Assembly: GCA_964016885.1 (NCBI GenBank)
Contig: OZ024743.1
Coordinates: forward strand, 183,830,001-183,894,000
Length of the DNA: 64,000 nt
Source of the DNA: Eledone cirrhosa
Taxonomy: Eukaryota
Direction: 5' to 3'
The position numbers were made by a program, and so were the translations under genes. Shown here piece by piece: positions 53,180 to 64,000 of the stretch (position 1 is its first letter; every line of letters starts with the position of its first letter). The notes beneath the pieces were generated by a model. It was not told the origin of the DNA and searched no databases. It saw only the letters and a program-made list of their open reading frames with translations.

Positions 53180-53520
53180 TCACTGTGTGGTGCCAAAGGT
53201 CTTATCTTCCACATCTAGAATAAGAGGCAGATATTGAAATAGCCCGGGGTTCAAAGGCCCCCAGTCTTCAACAAGCTGCCAAGGAATTTGAGAGATCTGA
53301 ATGGTGTGGACATGGATGTTTTCAAGGAACATCTTGACACCCTGCTATGCAGGATCCGTACGAGTCCACTGCACGGTACGAAGTTAATCTAAGGGCAGCA
53401 GCAACGAACTCCCTCTTACACCAATGGCCAACCAACACAGGCTGGAGATAGATTGTGTAACAACAAAGGCGGTGCCCCAGCATGGCCTCATCCGGATGGC
53501 TGGAACAAGTAAAAGAGTAT
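53180..53520 (+). mobile_element. CR1-like LINE 3' fragment
   Basis: FNKLPRNLRDLNGVDMDVFKEHLDTLL...RAAATNSL resembles the CR1-type ORF2 C-terminus. Confidence 0.65.
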
Positions 53521-53526
53521 ATACAT

Positions 53527-53587
<61 letters not shown>

Positions 53588-53588
<1 letters not shown>

Positions 53589-54345
53589 TAGCTGACGTAC
53601 CCAGCTTCGCCGGGTAAACAGCTGATAAGAGAAGATAGGTAAAAGAGAAAATGACTGTATTGGATGTTTGTCTGGTTACAGTATGAGGTGAGTCCGTGGT
53701 GTCTGTGTGATACAAAAAACAGTAAAAAAAAATCTTCCAGGTATACCACATTCTTCGATGTACCGTTTGTGCATAGTATATGAACAATTCTAGGTGCTCC
53801 CACCTAGAATAGTGACCTCTAGGAGATGGTTCATCTTCTGCCTGACTGTAAAACGTGTATCATTGCATAGACGTGGTTGTTCCACGTTTCTCAAAAGGAT
53901 GATGGAAGTTCCAATCTTTTATATTATATGTAGATTTAGATATAAATAATTAATATAAAAGATGCCTGTCAATGTAAAAAAAAAGGTCCCTATTTACTCC
54001 CTTCACAACTCTGTGTATGTTAGACTGACAGACAGGCACACAGACAGATAAACTGCGTGGCGATTGTGGGATGCCGCACGTACACACACATACACGCATG
54101 GAAACGCGCACACGCATGCAAACTTGCACACACTCACACATGTTGATAGCTTTTACTTTCTGTGGAACGCTGCACGCACGCACACATGTTAATAGTTATT
54201 GCTTTCCTTCCCCTCTTATTTCCACACACATCACACACACACACATGTCTCTACACTGACACATATACATAGTGAATCCAAACACAGCGTTCACTTTGCC
54301 TCTTTCTCACACGGAATAATGACATTGTTGAAATTAATATATAGA
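53588..54345 (-). mobile_element. Non-autonomous Helitron-like element
   Basis: Minus strand starts a|TC and ends CTAG|t, with subterminal hairpin cccggc-gaa-gctggg; no target duplication. Confidence 0.6.
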
Positions 54346-54357
54346 TATATATATATA

Positions 54358-54497
54358 TAGGAAAAGGGTCAGGACCCCGACGGCTGAGTTCCGGCCATTT
54401 CGACATCTAGTTCCGAACGGATCTAGAGTCTAGAGTTCGGATCTAGCTGTCGAAACGGCCGGAGCTCAGCCGTCGGGATCCTGTCTCTTTTCCTATT
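54358..54497. repeat. Short pLTR-end palindrome with hammerhead 3' half
   Basis: gaaa-cggc..gccGTC and its inverse; same family at 27690-27740 and 40480-40530. Confidence 0.7.
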
Positions 54498-54590
54498 ACC
54501 CATTCTACTACCCTAAATATCGAGTACACTAGCGCGTTATGGTCCACCTGGTTTTTTACCACATTTTCTTTGTTATATATATATTTTTTT

Positions 54591-54995
54591 TTATACTTTG
54601 GGAGGGTCATGTTGCCAATAAGAAACACACGCACCAGTTGCTTTCACTCCAATTTATTATAAATTTAAAAAAAAATTTTTTTTTAATTTTTTCAAAAAAA
54701 TTTATAAATTTCCGGTTGGTTGGTTGGTTCCACAACCGGACGGTTGTTCATATATTGTCAAAGTTCTTTCGTCACACATTCTGTGACCTCTTCAGTGACT
54801 GGGGATTCTTTTCTTTGTTTTGTGCCTCTCCTTTGTTCTGTCCTATGCCATCTTGTTTTTGTGTGACACAATTGGAGTGAAAGCAATGGTGCGTGTGTTT
54901 CTTATTGGCAACATGACCCTCCCAAAGTATAACAATATCGGTTTCAACACACGTTTTCAGATAAAGAATCTTACTAAACAAATTCAGAAACGAAA
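54591..54995. repeat. pLTR-end inverted repeat related to the 20627 Penelope terminus
   Basis: 54591-54654 is inverted at 54870-54932; shares gaccctccc.aagtataacaatat..gtttc.acacacg with 22799-22840. Confidence 0.7.
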
Positions 54996-55002
54996 TATAT
55001 AT

Positions 55003-55284
55003 ATATTAATAAAAGGAATTCCAACTTTGTCTGATTTACTCGTTTTATTTACAATCCTTTAAAATTTATAATGGTATTAGAATGAAATAGTATGGTAGAA
55101 TATTAAATGTTAAGTGTTAATTGAACTATTAAATGTTAATTGAAATATTAAATGTTAAGTGTTCAATTAACACTTAACATTTAATATTCTACCATACTAT
55201 TTCATTCTAATACTATTATAAATTTTAAAGGATTGTAAATAAAACGAATAAATCAGACAAAGTTTGAATTCCTTTTATTAATAT
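55003..55284. repeat. AT-rich palindrome
   Basis: ~120-bp arms that are near-perfect reverse complements. Confidence 0.85.
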
Positions 55285-55327
55285 AATCTTCTATACACAA
55301 TCATACACACCCGTGTATATTTATCTA

Positions 55328-55402
<75 letters not shown>

Positions 55403-55542
55403 TGAGAAAAACCACAGACCCTCCATCTCAACTCACCTTTTGAAAAGCAGAAGAACTGCGAAACCGGTAAAGGAACCAAATAAATATATATATTTTTTTT
55501 AAAAATAAGACCCCAGTTGCATTTTCGATTTCATCTCTTTTT

Positions 55543-55629
<87 letters not shown>

Positions 55630-55933
55630 TATATACATACATTGGACAAATTCTTTCAAGAAATCCCGGATAAACCTCCTACATCCGGATATGTCACCGT
55701 AAACAATAAATCTCTACTTGAGTGGGCCATGGTGTCCTAATCCTGATTTGAAAGACTTCGCCAGGCGGTGCTGTTAAGTTAGACATCGCCCGGCCCAATA
55801 CTGGTCGAAACCTATCAAAGTTATATATATAACTATATAAATCTATCAAAGTTATATATATATATGAATGAAGTAATTCCGTCGGAAAAGTCCAGGAAAA
55901 AAGACTGCTCTATGTAGGTAACAGAGCTTAATA

Positions 55934-56244
55934 GTTATGTAATAAACAACATAAGGCAATTATTTCATTTACCAGTGTATTTATTGGCGTTGGATTTTAA
56001 AAACAAAAATGCAATCTATATGAAAGTGAGGCTGGAAAAGGAAGAAGGAAAGGAAAAATAAAATAAAAACACACATGCAAACACACACACACACAATTAT
56101 ATACACATACACATATATATATATATATATACATACACACATACATACACACACACATACATACACACACACATATACACACACACACACACACATATAT
56201 GTGTATACATACACACATAAATATAAACATACACATACATATAT

Positions 56245-56313
<69 letters not shown>

Positions 56314-57037
56314 CACATATACATACACATACATACACACAATCATACGTATATACACACGTACATACATACACACATATATACACGCATACATACGCAT
56401 GCACAAAAATAGAAATATATACACACACCTCTACATACTCACACACACAAATAAATATAAGTGTATAATATAATTATTTGTGTGTGTGAAATGTAGAGGT
56501 GTGTGTATATATTTCTATTTTTGTGCATGCGTATGTATGCGTGTATATATGTGTGTATGTATGTACGTGTGTATATACGTATGATTGTGTGTATGTATGT
56601 ATGTATGTATGTGTATGTATATGTATGTGTATGTGTATATATATATATATATATGTGTGTGTGTATATATGTATGTGTATGTATGGATATGTTGATATTT
56701 ATGTGTGTATGTATGTATGTGTATGTATATATATACACATATTATGTGTGTGTGTGTGTATATATGTGTGTGTGTATGTATATATATATATATGTGTGTA
56801 TGTATATAATTGTGTGTGTGTGTGTGTGTGTTTGCATGTGTGTTTTTATTTTATTTTTCCTTTCCTTCTTCCTTTTCCAACCTCACTTTCATATAGATTA
56901 CATTTTTGTTTTTAAAATCCAACGCCAATAAATACACCAGGATTTTTTCATTCTGATGATTGAAAAAAAATTTTTTTTGCTTTTTAAAAACCACTGGTAA
57001 ATGAAATAATTGCCTTATGTTGTTTATTACATAACTA
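55934..57037. repeat. ~1.1-kb pLTR-derived palindrome
   Basis: 55934-56448 is inverted at 56474-57037; same pLTR family as 39509-39620; the left arm lacks the hammerhead core. Confidence 0.85.
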
Positions 57038-57043
57038 TATATA

Positions 57044-58634
<1,591 letters not shown>

Positions 58635-58743
58635 TATAACTTTGATAGGTTTCAGCCAGTATTGGGCCGGGCGATGTCTAACTTAACAGCACCGACTGGC
58701 GAAGTCTTTCAAATCAGGATTAGGACACCATGGCCCACTCAAG

Positions 58744-58789
<46 letters not shown>

Positions 58790-58797
58790 TGTATGTA

Positions 58798-58883
<86 letters not shown>

Positions 58884-59049
58884 ATTATGTAATAAACACA
58901 ATATAATTTCATGGAATAATTATATTGTGTTGTTTATTACATAATTAAATAGCTCTGTACTATACATGGAGCACTCATCTTTCCTTTATCTTTTCCACAG
59001 AAATACTTAACACACATACACACACATATATATATATATACACACATAC

Positions 59050-59114
<65 letters not shown>

Positions 59115-59115
<1 letters not shown>

Positions 59116-59721
59116 GGTGGCTGCCAACTCGTTTTCGAGTACGGCCACTACTTTATATGCAGGAGAAACCCTACCGATGCGCTGAACAAGTGTGACGTTT
59201 TATTCCAGCCAGCGACTTGAAAACTCTGATACAAACACTACACTTGTGACAATTACTGACACATAGTGCTGGGCCCATGGTACCATGTGACGACAAGTGC
59301 AGAGAGATCTCCAGATATAAAGCAATGTCTGTGCTGTGAAGCTTTTATAGTGAGCAAAGGCACTGCACAAAGCCAGTCCCACTCTCTTAACCAAGATGAT
59401 ATTTAACGAAAAAGAAGAACAAGTCAACATCATTGGATACCATCAGGGTTGCAGGTGTTATATCAGAGTTTTCCTTCTCCTAGAATTCTGCCTTGACAAA
59501 GGCTAAGGGGTCATCTCTCCCGGTGATTTTGGATGGCCATTGACTCTTAAGAGCTCCTTTGCCCTTTGACAGGTTTTGTTTTTAGTCCTGCAGGATGTCC
59601 AAAGTCACCCTCCTCACCAAGAAACCTTGGTGGGGTTGCCAGTTTAGTCGTCAACGACCCGACCATGGGACAGGTTGTACTGGAATAAATGTTACCAGTA
59701 GCACCAACTGGTGACCTGACA
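59115..59721 (-). mobile_element. Non-autonomous RTE-related element, third copy
   Basis: Co-linear with 31191-31800; lies in TA/CA microsatellite. Confidence 0.88.
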
Positions 59722-60108
59722 TAATACACATACATATATATATATACACATACATATATATATATACATACATATATATATATGTATTATATATATATAT
59801 TATAAATGTTATATATATATATACATATATATATACATATATATATATACATATATACACATACATATATATATGTGTATACATATATACACATATATAT
59901 ATATATAAGAATTAAAATACTAGAGTGTGTTGGAGTTAAAAACCCTCTTCATATTATAGAAATGATAGTATAAGATATAGCTCAATGTAATTAAACAGAG
60001 CCGAAGAATTATAAAAAATAAACCAAAGAAGCCTTCAATACATCAACAGTCTTTATTAGCCAACAATATATATATATATAGGTATATATATATACATATA
60101 TATATATG

Positions 60109-60160
<52 letters not shown>

Positions 60161-60578
60161 CATATATAGATATATATTTATTTACGTAAAGTTCGGAGCG
60201 TATGTGTATAAAGTCTTACTCACCGTACTGTATTATTGCAGTATTGTGTTAGCTCAATGTATCTTGTTGAATCCAATTGTACCCTGGTATTTTGCAGTGA
60301 TGCTTAGTAACCCAAACATGAACCTCTTTGTTAGCTATCTCCAATCCCCATATTATTTTTTCTGATTGTTCATGTGACTAAGTTATTGTGTAGCTTATAC
60401 TCAACACGGTATTTGTTGAGCTCTGATGATTCCTGCCTAAAGGTGAGGATGAAACATTGTTAGTGAATAAAGACTGTTTGAGTATGTAAGCGTTCTTTGG
60501 TTTCTTTTGCATATATAGATATATATATACATATATAGATATAGATATTTACATATATATATATATATATATATATAT

Positions 60579-60615
<37 letters not shown>

Positions 60616-60663
60616 GTATATAAACATATATATATACACACACACACGCGTATATATATATAA

Positions 60664-60695
<32 letters not shown>

Positions 60696-60811
60696 CATAC
60701 ACACACATACACAAGATTTCTCTCTCAACAGGAATATATGTTGCAGCTGGGATAACATCAGACCAACTTTAGCAACAAATTTCTATCTGGCGTCTTTTGT
60801 TAATATCAACA

Positions 60812-61050
60812 AAACCACCAACACCACCACTTCTACTAATACCACTACTACCAACACCACTACCACACCACCACCACCACTAACACTATTACAGCCGCCA
60901 CCACCACCACCACCATTACAGCCACCACCACTATCACTACTACTACCAACACCACCACCACCAACACTATTACAGCCACCACTACTACCACCACCACCAC
61001 CACCACCATTACAATCATCACCACCAACAACGCTACCGCCATCACTACTT
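60812..61050. repeat. (ACC)n-rich low-complexity tract
   Basis: Degenerate acc/act trinucleotide repeats. Confidence 0.85.
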
Positions 61051-61509
61051 CTTTCTCTCATTCTATTTTCTGATAAAAGATTAACATCCAAAACGTTAAA
61101 ACTCTTTTCCAACTATATCAAGCGTTAAACTAATAGGTATCATCATACTATATTATTCTCCTATGTTGTTTTTCCTTGTTGTCTTTTCGCACACACACAC
61201 AATCAAACACACACACACACACACACTCGCACGCACGCGCACAGTGTGTATGGATGTGCATGTTTGTGTGTGCCTATATGCGTTTATGTGTACAAACTGG
61301 AGAAAATGTATCGAATAAATACTGGTGAGTGGTAATGTTTTCGTTATCAACTCATGAGTTACTTCAATAAAACTCGGAGTAGCAACGGAGTGGCTCTTCA
61401 AGTTCAAACAAATCCACATACACATACGCACTCTCACACATAAACACATATGCGTATTTGTGTGTGTGTGCTTGTCAGTGAGTGAGCGTGTGTACGTATG
61501 TGTGGGGAA

Positions 61510-61618
<109 letters not shown>

Positions 61619-62469
61619 GTTTATCTATTTCTGTACCGAGATTTTTTTGCAGATATACAAAACCATTAGGAAATCTAAATAAAAAGTGAAATAGGTGTAA
61701 TTCTGGCTCTATCTACCTGTATATTTTATAGCCACTGTTTATATAGAATTGTATGTAGACATGTTCATCACCCAATCCTGATTCCCTCAAGAAGTAAACT
61801 CTAATTTCACCTGCGACTCTCTCTGCTCCCCCCTCTCTCTCTCTATTTACCTATCTTAGTGTACACACACACACACACGCATGAAACAACGCTAGCCTTA
61901 ACATTTTAAGTTAAAGAAGGATTTAACAATCCATTTCCCCGGTTTTCACCTTTGTTGCATGTGAAAGAAAAGTAAAGTAAGAAGACGTGTTATACTTTAG
62001 TTTCAATGTTTGTATTTCTGTATGTAAGATGGCTATGAGTGTTGATTTCAGAAGTACGTTCCATATGTTGACGGCCAACTTCGTAATGAGTAACTTTTGG
62101 CAAGTAGTGTAGAATTAAAGTGTGTGCGTGTTTTATGCACAGCGACAAATAGTCTCCATTTCATTTTATAACGCTGTTTATACAAGAACAAAAAAAAAAC
62201 TTTTGCTTTAAATCATAGTGTATACTGGATTACATTATGCATTGTATCTGTTTCCTAAAATAGTACGATGTAGTTTGAAGGATATTTAGCTGCTGTGTTT
62301 AGAAGATCAAGCGTCCGTTTAAAGGCTCTATAGCTGCTCTGTCTATAAAGTCTTTATCAGATTGTAGGAGACTATTGGTAGGTGAGACTAATCTGTCAAG
62401 TAGTGACTGTTCTTCTAAAGGGAATATTTACTATAGTATACCATTTCTTGTTACTGATAGTTGCAATAC

Positions 62470-62700
62470 TGGGGTCTAAGTACTTCCTCATTCTACCGGT
62501 TTCAGTCGAGACCTCTGGTGTCCTGGCTTCCCGCACTGCTGATTTCCTCCGTAAAAATCGGAAATATAGTAGTCCGTTTGAGGACAGAGCCCCGTGGGGT
62601 GGTGTGGTTGTTGCAACCTTTGCCATTTTGTCGGCGGGGCGTCACTGAGGCACCACTCAGACTGGGGTGTAGCATCTGCCGCTCCCTCCCACTACATTTC
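62470..62700 (+). mobile_element. CRE-like 3' fragment
   Basis: ILPVSVETSGVLASRTADFLRK...FAILSAGRH*, similar to the C-termini at 4555 and 42244. Confidence 0.6.
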
Positions 62701-62748
62701 TTTTGTTGCTTGATTATTTTATCTTTTTCTTATTTTCATTTCCATTTT

Positions 62749-63134
62749 GGCATACGTCAAAGCGGCCGGTCTCAAAAGTGAAACTAATTTTTGACAGTTA
62801 CGTACACGTTATAAGAGTTATTTAAATTTATATATATAAAATAAAGGAGCAAATAAGAGCATGATATGAAGTCAGTCATGTGTGTGTGTATATATGTGTG
62901 TAAACGAATGTAAAAGTACACACACATATACACTTATATATGCACACATACACACTATAATATATACACGTGTGTGTGTGTAAAATTCTAGGAAACCTTA
63001 TCTATGCCCTACATATATTCTTTTACATTCGTTTACACACACAGACACATGACTGACTTCATATCATGCTCTTATTTGCGCCTTTATTTTATATATATAA
63101 ATTTAAATAACTCTTATAACGTGTACGTAACTGT
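62749..63134. mobile_element. Second MITE copy (opposite orientation, right TIR truncated)
   Basis: Same arms as 36658-37104 with the central spacer reversed. Confidence 0.85.
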
Positions 63135-64000
63135 AGCAGTAGCCTCCCTTGTTGTGACTCACAACCCCAATAGATTAACATCTAGACGGGAAGTAGAACC
63201 CTTTCTGTAACTTCCGGCAGAGCCCTATAAAACGAATAGCTTTCGGCTCTCTCCCTCTCATTTGCCCTTCCGGCGCCTGGCCTTCGCCAGGCGTCTTCTG
63301 CCAGCCGCGTTTGCCTGGCAATCAAAACGGTAACTACTAACTTTGCCTCATTCTTTCGTTTATTCATTGACATGTCAACTATACTGTTAAATTGTTGATT
63401 AAATATTATACACACCAACCATGTCTCCTTGTTACATTCATACAACCCAGTATCTTCGCTATATTGGTAACCCTGACGTGATACGAACACGCAGCCGTTC
63501 ATCGCTATAAGTGGTCACCCCCCCAAAAAGAAAAAAAATAGCAGAATCTGGTGTTGTGTGAGTAACATTACGAATACACAGCAAATTTATTGACAAACTA
63601 TGAAAATACTCAGTCAAAGAAACGAACACACCACTCACATGTGAAATTTTCGCACAGACAGACTTTTTCTCTCACGCATCAACTAACTGTCGCATTTCAC
63701 GATATATATATATGTTTCTCGTTTCTTACAACGAACACTTTCAAAACAAAAAAAGAGAAAAAAAAAAGAAATTTGATATTTTTAAACCTAACTTAACCTT
63801 GTATTGGCACGTGTAGGCAGCACATATTCTCGACTCACAGAGATATCTCTACTCACAGAGATAGCCGCACGCCAGAGATAACGTTTCTCGCCAAGGATTC
63901 TTCAGTCTTAAGCTATATTCTCCTATTTACCGGTTTAAAAATTTACCACGTAAATTTGCCGTTGAAAACTGCGCATTTATTCAGAATGCTTATTTCTTTG

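Noticed and set aside
60783-61112. Gly/Val-rich ORFs
   Set aside because: Translation of an (ACC)n low-complexity tract.
63274-63293. GC-rich hairpin cgcctggc-cttc-gccaggcg
   Set aside because: Isolated, with no U-tract or adjacent CTRR end, so not supportable as a terminator or Helitron end.

Overview
AT-rich, microsatellite-dense animal genomic DNA, most likely an octopod cephalopod (inferred from Octopus-type SINEs). Almost all of it is repeats: two long minisatellites (48 bp and 39 bp units), a ~632 bp tandem repeat, a stack of R4/Dong-clade RLE retrotransposons in a (CATA)n tract, four Penelope-like elements plus many pLTR palindromes, RTE, CRE and CR1-like LINE fragments, mariner and Tc1 transposons, MITEs, a non-autonomous Helitron and tRNA-derived SINEs. 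The only convincing host gene is an uninterrupted, bacterial-type M4 (pseudolysin/vibriolysin-like) zinc metalloprotease at 44151-46109, a candidate horizontal transfer. Non-coding highlights are about ten hammerhead-ribozyme motifs folded by eye, including a retrozyme-like ~430 bp repeat and one just upstream of the protease. There is also a three-copy non-autonomous element sharing its 3' hairpin with the RTE LINE. All family assignments are from motif recognition; no searches were run.
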